From a virus (lineage: Duplodnaviria > Caudoviricetes): 43,579 nt of DNA. The DNA is taken from IMG/VR virus record IMGVR_UViG_3300028588_000039, positions 1 through 43,579 of that record; one strand, 5' to 3'. Of this stretch, positions 34,676 through 43,579 are shown piece after piece. The translations under genes were made by a program, and so were the position numbers. The notes under the pieces were generated by a model. That model was not told the origin of the DNA and made no database searches. It saw only the letters and a list, made by a program, of their open reading frames with translations. Each line of letters begins with the position of its first letter. The stretch's first letter is position 1.

Positions 34676-35719
34676 ATGATCGGATACTCGCCAATTGGAG
34701 TAACGCCGATCGGGACGACGGGCGCTGCCTCCGGTCAGGCTGGCGCAGGGTCGGTAACGTCCGACCTGGCATGCAGCTATGCAGTGCGCACCGCCGTGTC
34801 GTCCGATCTCGCTGCGGCGTACGCAGTTCGGGCCAAGGTGCAAGCCGACCTGGCGCAGGCCTTCGCGGTGCGCGCGCAAGTCACGCGAGACCAGCTGTTT
34901 TCGTATGCCGTGCTGGATGGCGGCGGCGCGCCGGTGCTGACGCCAGTGCTTGCGGACTTGGCGTGCGCGTACAGCGTGCGGGCGGCAGTGACGCGGGACC
35001 AGTTGTTCTCCTACGGCGTGCGCGGGCCGGTCCTGCGCGACCTATTGTGTTCGTATGCGGTGCTGGCGGATGGCTCGATTCCACGCCCAGTAACTGTATC
35101 GGCGTCAAGGACAGCGAGGTTTGCCGCGAATCCGCGGGTCGCCGTGTTCAATGCGGCGCGGCCGGTAGCGCTGAGCAAGGGCGCGCTGGACGAGCTGTGG
35201 TTCGTCGGGGACTTCACCAAAGAACTGGCGGATGCCGCAACGACTGCGACATCGGTTGTCCCGGTGTCGGCCGGCGTGGTTGTTCTGGAAGGCCCGGCCC
35301 TGCAGGGCGTGCTCGGCGTCGTCAAGCTGGGCGCGCTGGATGCGAGCGGCGCGAACTACTTCACGTTCCGCGTCACCTGCGCGAACGGCGAGCAGTTCGA
35401 CCGGACCATCAACCTGACCGCGGTGGACGATCGCTCCTGGACGTTCGGGAAGGATCCGGACGATCAGCGCTTCTATGCGCTCGACTTCGCAGCCGACCTT
35501 GCGCTGAGCGCGAATACCACGCTTGCCGCGGTGGGTGCGCCTGTCGCGGCCGGCGTGAGCGCACTGTCGACGCCGGCTATCCAGGGCACGCAGGTCGTCA
35601 TCAAGTTCGGCGGCCTGGCGACGGGCGCCGGCGCGGCCAATTCGTGCGGCCTTGCGGTGACCTTCGCCAACGGCGAAAAAATCTACCGATCTATCTACTT
35701 CACCAGGGAGGACCACTGA
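34676..35719 (+). CDS. Fibre adaptor protein with 14-aa repeats
   Basis: Seven xDLxxxYAVRxxV repeats; two tandem domains starting KGALDELWF and KDPDDQRFYALDF. Confidence 0.7.
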   Translation: MIGYSPIGVTPIGTTGAASGQAGAGSVTSDLACSYAVRTAVSSDLAAAYAVRAKVQADLAQAFAVRAQVTRDQLFSYAVLDGGGAPVLTPVLADLACAYSVRAAVTRDQLFSYGVRGPVLRDLLCSYAVLADGSIPRPVTVSASRTARFAANPRVAVFNAARPVALSKGALDELWFVGDFTKELADAATTATSVVPVSAGVVVLEGPALQGVLGVVKLGALDASGANYFTFRVTCANGEQFDRTINLTAVDDRSWTFGKDPDDQRFYALDFAADLALSANTTLAAVGAPVAAGVSALSTPAIQGTQVVIKFGGLATGAGAANSCGLAVTFANGEKIYRSIYFTREDH

Positions 35720-35886
35720 TGATTAATGCCGCAGAACTTCTGGCTGCGCATGCCGGGGCCGAGGGCGCTGCGGCCGATGTTGGCACGCAGCCCATCCTGG
35801 CGCCGGCGCCGCGCCAGTTCCCGCTGGCCGGCCAAGCTGAAGTCCGGCCGCTGGCCGATCCAACGCGCGCAGGCGGTCAGGCATGA
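35719..35886 (+). CDS. Hypothetical protein (55 aa)
   Basis: TGATG coupling, GGGAGG RBS. Confidence 0.5.
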   Translation: MINAAELLAAHAGAEGAAADVGTQPILAPAPRQFPLAGQAEVRPLADPTRAGGQA

Positions 35887-36383
35887 CGCTGATCGTCGAA
35901 GATGGCACTGGCCGCGCAGACGCCGAGTCACTGGCCTCGGTCGAACAGGCAGATGGCCACCATGCTGCGCGGGGCAATGCGCGCTGGGCGCTACTGCAGG
36001 TGATCGAGAAGGAGCAGGCGCTGCGCCGCGCAACCGACTACATGGGCCAGATGTACTCGGCCAAGTGGAAAGGCGTGCGCGCGCATGCGGGCCAGGCGCT
36101 CGACTGGCCGCGCGCCGATGTGCGCCTGCCGGGCGCCGGCTGCGTGCCGAGCGATGCGATCCCGCGGCAGATTACGCAGGCAACGGCGGAACTCGCGCTG
36201 CGGGCGGCTGCCGGCGAACTGGCAGCGGACCTGGCTCGCACCGTGGCCGAGAAGACCATCGGCCCCATCAAGACCGTGTACGCGGCTGGCGCGCCGGCGT
36301 ACGTGCAATACCGCAGCGTTGACTTGCTGCTTCAGCCCCTGCTGGGCGGGGGCGGCCTGGGAATCAAATTGGAGCGCGCATGA
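35883..36383 (+). CDS. Head-tail adaptor (DnaT-like annotated family)
   Basis: LIVEDGTG..DAES.AS, ALRRATDY, WKG.R....QALDWPR. Confidence 0.85.
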   Translation: MTLIVEDGTGRADAESLASVEQADGHHAARGNARWALLQVIEKEQALRRATDYMGQMYSAKWKGVRAHAGQALDWPRADVRLPGAGCVPSDAIPRQITQATAELALRAAAGELAADLARTVAEKTIGPIKTVYAAGAPAYVQYRSVDLLLQPLLGGGGLGIKLERA

Positions 36384-36757
36384 GCTACGACCAAGACGCG
36401 CGCGACGCCGATGCAGCATTCCGCACAGACGGTCAGTTGATCCGGCTGACCAGCAAGTCCAAGGGCGGGTACGCCAACGGCGCCGTGCAGACGGTCACCA
36501 CGCAGGCCAATGCCTGGGGCATCGATACCGCCGTCTCGACGAACGCGATCGGCACGACGACGCAGGCCGGCACGCTGGTGGCAGCCGGCGATCGAAAGCT
36601 GATCGTGTCCGCGCTGGCCGAGACCGGCGCCCTCCTCCCGGAGCCGAAGCACGGCGACCTGGCGCAGGTGGGCGCGAAGCTCTACACGGTGCGCAACGTC
36701 GACCCGCTATCGCCGGGCGGCGTGGTCGTGCTGTACAACCTGATCGTCGGAACCTGA
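36380..36757 (+). CDS. Head closure/joining protein
   Basis: GTLV..GDRKL, PLSPGGVVVLY; position. Confidence 0.75.
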   Translation: MSYDQDARDADAAFRTDGQLIRLTSKSKGGYANGAVQTVTTQANAWGIDTAVSTNAIGTTTQAGTLVAAGDRKLIVSALAETGALLPEPKHGDLAQVGAKLYTVRNVDPLSPGGVVVLYNLIVGT

Positions 36758-37248
36758 TGGCCACCTTCTCCGCGCAAATCAACGCCTGGATCCAGAAGAC
36801 CAAGGACGACGCAGACAAGATCGTGCGGTATGCACTGCAGACGCTCGACAGTCGACTGGTCCAGCGCTCGCCGGTCGGTGATGGGACCTACTGGAAGCAC
36901 CCGCCGCCGAAAGGCTACACGGGTGGGCGCTTCCGAGGAAACTGGCAGATGTCGATCGGCTCGGCCGCAACTGGTTCGAAGAACGTCATCGACAAGGACG
37001 GATCGGCGACGCTCGCCGCGCATGCCAGCGTCGTATCGGTAGCCCGAGCCGGCGAGGTCTACTACCTGGTCAACAACCTGCCCTACGCCAAACGCATCGA
37101 GGAAGGCTGGTCCCGGCAGGCGCCGGTCGGCCTGGTCGCGATCACGGTCGTCGAGTGGAACAACATCGTGGAGAACGCGGTCAACGGCGTCAAGGCCGGG
37201 ACCAGTGCGGCCGACTTCGCACAAGGATGGGAGACCTACAAGCTATGA
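36757..37248 (+). CDS. HK97 gp10-like neck protein
   Basis: RSPV...GRFRGNWQ...NNLPYA.RIE.GWSRQAP.G; TGATG start. Confidence 0.85.
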   Translation: MATFSAQINAWIQKTKDDADKIVRYALQTLDSRLVQRSPVGDGTYWKHPPPKGYTGGRFRGNWQMSIGSAATGSKNVIDKDGSATLAAHASVVSVARAGEVYYLVNNLPYAKRIEEGWSRQAPVGLVAITVVEWNNIVENAVNGVKAGTSAADFAQGWETYKL

Positions 37249-37652
37249 GCCAGAACGCAATCCGCGACGCGATCGAGGCGGCGCTGGACGCGATCGCGCC
37301 CGCGCTCGACACGGTGCACGGCAACGAGGAATACACGCCTGTCACCGGCCGGCCGTACCAGGAAGTCCACGTGATGTTCGCCATGCCCGGCAACCCGACG
37401 ATGGGCGACGGGTTCTACCAGGAGCTCGGCGTCCTGCAGGTGAACCTGCTGTACCCGCCCGGCGAGGGTGGCGCCGCTGCCGCCGCGCGCGCCGGCCTGA
37501 TCCGGCAGGCTTACAAACGCGGCTCGACCTTCGCTGCCGGCGGCATCACGGTCCAGATCGACAAAACGCCCGAGGCATCCGGCGGCAGCGTCGACGGCGA
37601 CCGGTGGCGCGTCGTCGTTCGCGCACCGTTCCACGCCGACATAAATACCTGA
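37245..37652 (+). CDS. Tail terminator-like protein
   Basis: N..YTP..G.PY, G.LQV.L.YP.G.G, YKRGS; position before tail tube. Confidence 0.8.
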   Translation: MSQNAIRDAIEAALDAIAPALDTVHGNEEYTPVTGRPYQEVHVMFAMPGNPTMGDGFYQELGVLQVNLLYPPGEGGAAAAARAGLIRQAYKRGSTFAAGGITVQIDKTPEASGGSVDGDRWRVVVRAPFHADINT

Positions 37653-37732
37653 TTCAACCCCTGGCCGCCCTTCGCGGCTGTTCTTCTGGGCTCGCCGCGT
37701 GCGAGCCTTTTTCATTCTGAAAGGCTTACACC

Positions 37733-38947
37733 ATGTCGGCACAAGGCATCAACAAGATTACCGTACTGAAACAGCAGACCGGCCTCGGCGTTCCGGCAAC
37801 CGGCGCCGGCGGCCAGGTCCTGCGCCGCAAGACCTCGGTGGCGAAGAAGTCGCGCGCCACCTACACCAACGACGAGATCGTCCAGCATCAGCAGTCGACC
37901 GGCGTCAACCTGGGTACCGCGTCGACCTCCTGGGACTTCGACGGCCTGCTGTCGCCGGGCACCTACGCCGTGCCGCTGCAAAGCCTGCTGCGCAAGGTGT
38001 TCACCGCGGGCGCCGCTACTGCCGCTGCCGCGATCACGATCGCCGGCGCGGGCCCGACCTACACTGTGACGCGCGGCGCCGGCTCCTACCTGACCGACGG
38101 CGTCAAGGTGGGCGACGTCGTGACGCTGGGCAGCGGCCCATTCAATGCGGCGAACGCCGGCAACAACCTGCTCGTCGCAGGCCTGACCGCCACGGTCGCC
38201 ACCGTCGTGACCATCAACGGCTCGGCGCTGGTCGCTGAAGGCCCGATCGCCGGCGGCGTGATGACCGTCGCAGGCAAGAAGTCGCTGGTCCCGATGACCG
38301 GTCACACCGACACGCTGTTCACAGTCGAGGAATGGTACGGCGACCTGAGTAAGAGCGAACTGTTCCCCGACCTGCGGATCGGCCAGGCCGACATCGGCCT
38401 GCCGGCCAGCGGCAATGCCACCATCAAGCTCGCCTCGCAGGGCCTGGGCGTGCGCACGCGCGGCAACGCGCAGGTGCTCACCAGCCCGGCGGCCGCCACC
38501 ACCACGCCGGTGCTGACCGCAGTGCGCGGTGTGGTCCTTGCGAACGGCGTACCGCAGCCGGGCATCACCAGCATCTCGCTGACGATCAAGGCGAACTTGA
38601 CCGAAGTCGGCCCGGTCGTCGGCTCGAACTTCAACCCGGACATGTCGCGCGGCCGCGTCGAGGTGACTGGCACCTTCTCGGCGCTGTTCGACAACACCAC
38701 CCTGAGCGCGCTGTACGACAACGAGACCGTGACGTCGCTGGTGGCCGTGATGGCCGCCGACACCACGAACGGCGCCGATTTCGTCGCCATCAACCTGTCG
38801 GCCATCAAGCTGACGGACGACGCGCCGGACGATGGCGAGAAAGCGATCGTCCGCACCTACCCGTTCACCGCGCAGCTCAACGCTGCCGGCGGCGCCGCGC
38901 TGGCGTCCGACATGACCATCCTGTCGATCCAGGACAGCAAGGCATAA
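37733..38947 (+). CDS. Major tail tube protein
   Basis: 404 aa T/A/G-rich, GRVEVTGTFSALF; precedes chaperone and tape measure. Confidence 0.85.
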   Translation: MSAQGINKITVLKQQTGLGVPATGAGGQVLRRKTSVAKKSRATYTNDEIVQHQQSTGVNLGTASTSWDFDGLLSPGTYAVPLQSLLRKVFTAGAATAAAAITIAGAGPTYTVTRGAGSYLTDGVKVGDVVTLGSGPFNAANAGNNLLVAGLTATVATVVTINGSALVAEGPIAGGVMTVAGKKSLVPMTGHTDTLFTVEEWYGDLSKSELFPDLRIGQADIGLPASGNATIKLASQGLGVRTRGNAQVLTSPAAATTTPVLTAVRGVVLANGVPQPGITSISLTIKANLTEVGPVVGSNFNPDMSRGRVEVTGTFSALFDNTTLSALYDNETVTSLVAVMAADTTNGADFVAINLSAIKLTDDAPDDGEKAIVRTYPFTAQLNAAGGAALASDMTILSIQDSKA

Positions 38948-39057
38948 CGCTTCATCCATTTGGCGTGAGCCACACAGAGCACCGACTGGTCGCCGTCTCC
39001 TTCGCGGGAGCGGCGGCCGGCACGGGCACTTAACTACCCGCGAAGAAAGGCAAGACC

Positions 39058-39546
39058 ATGAACCTCATCACCACCGCAGCAAGCCACGACCTCGACGACA
39101 TCCTGGGCGACAAGCCGATCACCTTCGACGTCGGCGTCATCTTCGACGACGACGGCAACGCCGTCTCCGGCTTCCGCATCGTCAGCCGCAACAGCGACCA
39201 GGCGCGCGCCGCCGAGCGCGCCGTGCGCATCGAAAACCAGAAGGCGGCCGCGAAGCGCAACAAGGCGCTGGACCTGTCGACCGACGATGGCGCCTCGAAG
39301 GTGGTCGACATTGTCGACGGCCAGAACCGCGCGCGCGCCGCCGCCGTCGTCGTCGACTGGTTCGGCTGGACCAAGAAGGACGCCGACGGTAAGCCGATGC
39401 CGCGCCAGTTCGACGCCGCCCTGATCCCGGCCATCCTTAAACAGAAGCCGACCTGGGTCGAGCGCATCCTGCACGCCATGGCCGAGGACAACAATTTTTT
39501 GCCGAAATCGCAGGTCACCTCCGCGACTACGCAAGGCAGCAACTAG
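39058..39546 (+). CDS. Tail assembly chaperone (gpG-like)
   Basis: Position, W+NF C-terminal pattern, slippery T TTT TTG at 39495-39501. Confidence 0.85.
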   Translation: MNLITTAASHDLDDILGDKPITFDVGVIFDDDGNAVSGFRIVSRNSDQARAAERAVRIENQKAAAKRNKALDLSTDDGASKVVDIVDGQNRARAAAVVVDWFGWTKKDADGKPMPRQFDAALIPAILKQKPTWVERILHAMAEDNNFLPKSQVTSATTQGSN

Positions 39547-39869
39547 AGCTGTCCGAGCCGCAGGGTGACGGCTGCACGCTGCGGCAGCACCTGGAGGTGA
39601 TCGAGCGAACGAGCGGCCAGACGCCCGAGCAGCTGATCGCCCTGCCCTTCCCCTACGAGCTCAGCCACGTGTGGGTGTGGTTCGGCCGCATGTGCCAGAT
39701 GCGGCAGAACACAGGGTTCGGTATCAGCCGGCTGGGTCGCGAGATCGTCGATTGGCAGCAACTGGAAGGCGTCCGGCTCAACCCGTACGAGCTCGAGGTG
39801 ATCCAGATGCTCGACGCGGACCTGGTTGCGCATCACAGCAAGACGAAAGAAACACTGCCGGCGGATTGA
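39498..39869 (+). CDS. -1 frameshift extension of tail chaperone (gpGT-like)
   Basis: The -1 frame is open from 39498 (FAEIAGHLRDYARQQLEL...) through the 39597 ORF to 39869. Confidence 0.8.
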   Translation, partial: FAEIAGHLRDYARQQLELSEPQGDGCTLRQHLEVIERTSGQTPEQLIALPFPYELSHVWVWFGRMCQMRQNTGFGISRLGREIVDWQQLEGVRLNPYELEVIQMLDADLVAHHSKTKETLPAD

Positions 39870-39921
39870 CCGGCCGAACATCACATCGCCCGCCATCGCG
39901 GGCATTTTTCATGGGCGGACG

Positions 39922-42900
39922 ATGACGGATTTTGCAAGTATTGGCATCGAGCTCGATAGCCGCCCGGTGGTCGAGGGCACCCGGGCGCTCGACGCGCTAG
40001 CCGAGACCAGTGCTAAGGTCGAGCAAAAGGTTACCGCCATGAACGGCGGTATGAACGACACCGCGAAGATCATGCGCGTCAACGCCGAGGCCACAAAGAC
40101 GGCCGACGACGCCAGCATCAAGTTCCTCGCCGGGCTGCAGCGCGAAGTTGACCTGTTCGGTGCAAACCGTGCGGAGATGGAGCGCTACAACGCTGCCGCA
40201 GCTGGCCTGTCCGCCGAAACGCAGCGCGCAGCCGCAGCACTCGGCGCAAAAATCGACGCTATGCGGCGCGACGAGAAGGCCGCGCGCGATGCAGCCGCAG
40301 CTGAAGATCAGGCCACCAAAGCGGCTGATCGTTTCATCAAGACCCTGCAGGACCAAGTCGCAACGCTGGATATGAACAGGACGCAGCTGCTGGCATATCG
40401 AGCCGCTCAACTCGGCGTCTCCGATGCGGCTGCCCCGCTAATCAAAAGTCTGGAGCAGACCGGTGTCGGGGCTAAGGGCGCATCTGGCCACATGAACGGC
40501 TTCAGCATGTCTTCCGTGGGCGCGCGCCGCGAACTACTGGTCCTGGCTCACGAACTGAGCCAAGGAAATTTTCAGAAGTTCGGCGGATCGATGATGGTCC
40601 TCGGCGAGCAGACCGGCGCCGCCGGCCTGTTGTTCAGCTCTACTGGCCTGGCCATTCTGGGTGTCGTCGGCACGCTTGGCCTGCTGGCCGCAGGTGCAAT
40701 CAAGGGCACGCTCGAGCAGAAACACATGAACGACGCCCTGGTCATGACCGGCAATTACGCCGGCGAGACCAGTGATTCGCTGAATGCACTGGCGCATTCG
40801 GCTGTCGAGGCTGGTGGGAGCCTGGGCGAGGCCAAGAAAGTGGCGACCGAGTTGGCCGGTAGCGGCAAATTCACAGGTGAGCAGATCGGCTACATCACCG
40901 AAGCAACCGTGGCGTGGGAACACGCCACCGGACAATCGATCAAGTCGATCATCGCGAGCTTTGAATCGCTCGCGGTCCAAAGCCAAGGCAATACAGCGCG
41001 CGCGACGGAAGCTGTATCGCGCGCGACCTTAAAGCTGGACGACACCTACCACTTCCTGACCGAAAGCGTCTACGAGCAGATCCGGGCGCTGGAAAAAGAA
41101 GGTGATGCCAAGGGAGCGTCTGTACTGGCAACCGAGACCTTCGCGCGCGTGACCAAGGAGCGTGCGGAGGAAATCGTTCACAACCTGGGCGGCATCGCGC
41201 GCGGCTGGAACGCAGTCAAAGAAGCCGTGGGCACTGCCGTCGATGCCGTTGGGGAGTGGGGCAAGAAAGCTACGCCCGCGGCGGGAGTGAAGAACGCCAG
41301 CTTCAAGCTTGACCAATTCGACCAGGGTCTCGCAGCGATCGGACTCAGCCCTGACACCGTGAAGGGAAATCTGGCTGCCGGGCGCATGAAGATCGTCATG
41401 GAGCTGACGGCCGCCGTCGAAAAACTGAACCAGGCAGACGCTGCCGCGATCGCACAAGGCAAAGCCACGGTTGCGCAGTCGGAGGCAAATCATGCCGCTT
41501 CCCGCATTGCGCAGGACGACGTACGTCTGCAGAAAAAGGGGATGAGCGAACTGCAAATCGCCCTCGCCGAGTACGCTGCCGACGTCGCCAAAATTAAGGC
41601 GGTCAATCCGAATAGCGCGTTGGTCACCGATGAGGCCGTAGCTGCCGGCATTGCGGCTCGCACGAAGGCACACACGACACAATCGAAGCCGAAGGTCGAC
41701 CAGGCCGACGACACTGCCCTGCAAAATCACCTGGCTCGCATCCAGGAGGCCTCGGCCGCGGACAAGGAGTATGCCGAATACCAGATGCACCTGGACGACA
41801 TGCGTCACAAGGCGGGTGAGCTCGGCGACAGCCAGTATTTCCTGAATCGCAAGGAAAACCTCAAGGATATCTACCTGAGCGAACAGGAGATGTACACCCA
41901 GGAGCTGGCCGCTCTGCGCGCGCACCACAACTCGACCGAGGCGGAACGGGCGAAGAACCAGAAGGCCATCGACGACATCCTCGGCAAGCAAAATGCGGCG
42001 CAAACGAAATATTCGCATGACGGCGCGGTGATGGATGAGGAGGAGCGCCTGCGCCAGAAGGCGGTTGAATTGGCCAGCGAAGACGCGGCCAACAGGTACA
42101 CCTCGGACCTGCAGCGTCAGCTTGAGGCCATCGAGGCTGCGACCGGCAAGCGTCAGCAATCCAAATCGGCAATCGAGGAAGAGACGGTCGCCCTCTACGA
42201 GCAAGCGGTCGCCAACATGAAGCTGCAGGTGTCGGCGCCGGTCGAAGGCCTGCACACGCAAGCCGACCACGACGCGGCCGTGCAGATGCTGGCCGATCTG
42301 GAAAAGCAGCTCGACCTGCACCGCCAGATTGCCGGGGCATTGAAGGACCAGGGCGACGCTGCGGCCTCCCGCAGGCTCGCCGATATGGCCATCCAAGACT
42401 GGCAACGTGCGGGTGCGAGCATCGCGGACAGCCTGAGCAACGCGTTCGGCACCGGCGGCAAGGCAATCGGCGAGATGTACAAGGCGTTCGCGGAGGGCCA
42501 GTCGGCACAACTGCGTGCACAAAAGGAGTTGGCTGTCGCGAAAGAGCTGTCGGATGACAATCCCGAAAAGCTCCAGGCCATCCAGCGGGCCCAGCTCGCT
42601 GGCACACAGGCGCAGCTGAAATCGTACGGCGACATGGCCGATGCGGCGCAGGGGTTCTTCGACCAAGGCTCCAAGGGCTACGCGGCTATGCACGCGGCGT
42701 CGCAGGTCCTGCACGGCGCCGAGGTCGCGCTGAGCCTGGTCAAGGGCGTCAATGCAGTCTTGACCCAGGGCGAAGGCGACCCGTACTCGGCGTTTGCCCG
42801 CATGGCTACCATGGCGGCGCTGGTGACCGGCCTCGGTGTTGCACTGAGCGGCGGGATGGGCGGCAGCGATACCACGGCCGCAGATCGCCAGGCCGCCCAG

Positions 42901-43579
42901 GGCGCGGGCACTGTGCTGGGCAGCAGCACGGCCAAGTCCGAATCGATCTCTCGCGCCATCCAGCTGGCGGCCGCGAACTCGAGCACGCAGATCGACTACC
43001 TGTCGGGAATGCTGACGTCGCTGCGCGCGATCGAAAGCGGGATCGGCAGCTTCGCCAGCCATCTCCTGCAGTCGACGGACGTCACCAATCCGCAGGTCAA
43101 CCTGAACACCAACAACGGCCTGGCCAGCACGGCGGGCACGGTGGGATTGAGCGCCGGCGGCGCGCTGCTGGGCATGACTGGTGCGGCATGGACGGCGGCG
43201 GCCGGCAGCGGCATCGCGGCGTCGGCGTTAGCATCGCTGGGCTCCGCCGCGGGCCCGGTGGGCGCCATCGCCGGCGCATTAGTGGGCGCGATCGCCAGCA
43301 AGATCCCGTTCATCAGCAACGCCTTGACCAGCGTCTTCGGCGGCAAACAAAGCCTGCAGGATTCCGGCTTCATGATGGACAAGGAATCCCTGGCGTCGCT
43401 GCTGGCCACTGGCGCAAACGCTAAGACCTATGCCGACATCAAAACTGATGGCGGCTGGTTCCATGGCGATAAGACGAAGACGCAAAGCACGAACCTGGAC
43501 GCCGAGGCGAACCGCCAGTTCACTGGGATCATCAGCAGCATGGCTGACGGCATCAAGGCGGCCGGTCAGCTGCTGGGCG
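39922..43579 (+). CDS. Tail tape measure protein (partial, runs off window)
   Basis: MTDFASIGIELDSR..., ARRELLVLAHELSQGNF; long Ala-rich helical frame, absent from the ORF track because no stop lies in the window. Confidence 0.92.
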   Translation, partial: MTDFASIGIELDSRPVVEGTRALDALAETSAKVEQKVTAMNGGMNDTAKIMRVNAEATKTADDASIKFLAGLQREVDLFGANRAEMERYNAAAAGLSAETQRAAAALGAKIDAMRRDEKAARDAAAAEDQATKAADRFIKTLQDQVATLDMNRTQLLAYRAAQLGVSDAAAPLIKSLEQTGVGAKGASGHMNGFSMSSVGARRELLVLAHELSQGNFQKFGGSMMVLGEQTGAAGLLFSSTGLAILGVVGTLGLLAAGAIKGTLEQKHMNDALVMTGNYAGETSDSLNALAHSAVEAGGSLGEAKKVATELAGSGKFTGEQIGYITEATVAWEHATGQSIKSIIASFESLAVQSQGNTARATEAVSRATLKLDDTYHFLTESVYEQIRALEKEGDAKGASVLATETFARVTKERAEEIVHNLGGIARGWNAVKEAVGTAVDAVGEWGKKATPAAGVKNASFKLDQFDQGLAAIGLSPDTVKGNLAAGRMKIVMELTAAVEKLNQADAAAIAQGKATVAQSEANHAASRIAQDDVRLQKKGMSELQIALAEYAADVAKIKAVNPNSALVTDEAVAAGIAARTKAHTTQSKPKVDQADDTALQNHLARIQEASAADKEYAEYQMHLDDMRHKAGELGDSQYFLNRKENLKDIYLSEQEMYTQELAALRAHHNSTEAERAKNQKAIDDILGKQNAAQTKYSHDGAVMDEEERLRQKAVELASEDAANRYTSDLQRQLEAIEAATGKRQQSKSAIEEETVALYEQAVANMKLQVSAPVEGLHTQADHDAAVQMLADLEKQLDLHRQIAGALKDQGDAAASRRLADMAIQDWQRAGASIADSLSNAFGTGGKAIGEMYKAFAEGQSAQLRAQKELAVAKELSDDNPEKLQAIQRAQLAGTQAQLKSYGDMADAAQGFFDQGSKGYAAMHAASQVLHGAEVALSLVKGVNAVLTQGEGDPYSAFARMATMAALVTGLGVALSGGMGGSDTTAADRQAAQGAGTVLGSSTAKSESISRAIQLAAANSSTQIDYLSGMLTSLRAIESGIGSFASHLLQSTDVTNPQVNLNTNNGLASTAGTVGLSAGGALLGMTGAAWTAAAGSGIAASALASLGSAAGPVGAIAGALVGAIASKIPFISNALTSVFGGKQSLQDSGFMMDKESLASLLATGANAKTYADIKTDGGWFHGDKTKTQSTNLDAEANRQFTGIISSMADGIKAAGQLLG

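Larger units (their letters stand above)
84..43579. mobile_element. Lambdoid temperate prophage (siphovirus-like), left part; right end beyond window
   Basis: int-xis, recombination, cI/cro switch, replication, Q-like, terminase, portal, capsid, tail tube, frameshifted chaperone and tape measure in canonical order with frequent ATGA/GTGA overlaps. Left boundary approximate. Confidence 0.95.

Noticed and set aside
38988-39018. Hairpin resembling a type I-C CRISPR repeat
   Set aside because: No ATTGAAAC end and no array; more likely a tail-chaperone leader hairpin.
41029-43062. 677-aa minus-strand ORF
   Set aside because: Shadow of the tape measure gene on the plus strand.

Overview
The window holds the left ~43.4 kb of an apparently intact lambdoid siphovirus-type prophage in a GC-rich bacterium (proteobacterial by its E. 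coli-type SOS box; finer taxonomy cannot be read from the sequence), plus the last codons of a host gene (1-83). Order: probable attL; int/xis; leftward early operon (Gp37/Gp68-like three-Cys protein, MazG-like protein, C5 DNA methyltransferase, NinB, YqaJ exonuclease with putative annealing partner); pL; immunity-region morons; a short cI lacking a protease domain; cro; a TGT/DpdA-like gene fused translationally to a DUF1376-like replication initiator; NinG; two Q-like genes; pR'/tR'; morons including hicAB; then terminase, portal, head, head-fibre/spike, neck and tail genes, ending in a tape measure gene cut by the window edge. No lysis genes or attR are visible. Best leads: (1) a LexA-box-controlled small gene, antisense to cI, whose product resembles the CI C-terminal motif (candidate SinI-like antirepressor); (2) an orphan TGT/DpdA-like base-exchange enzyme; (3) a ~480-nt structured antisense RNA covering a 36-aa hydrophobic peptide; (4) a long-range anti-SD fold-back enclosing hicA; (5) duplicated GGAU-hairpin cassettes ahead of the scaffold and capsid genes. 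All family names come from motif recognition by eye; no database search was run.
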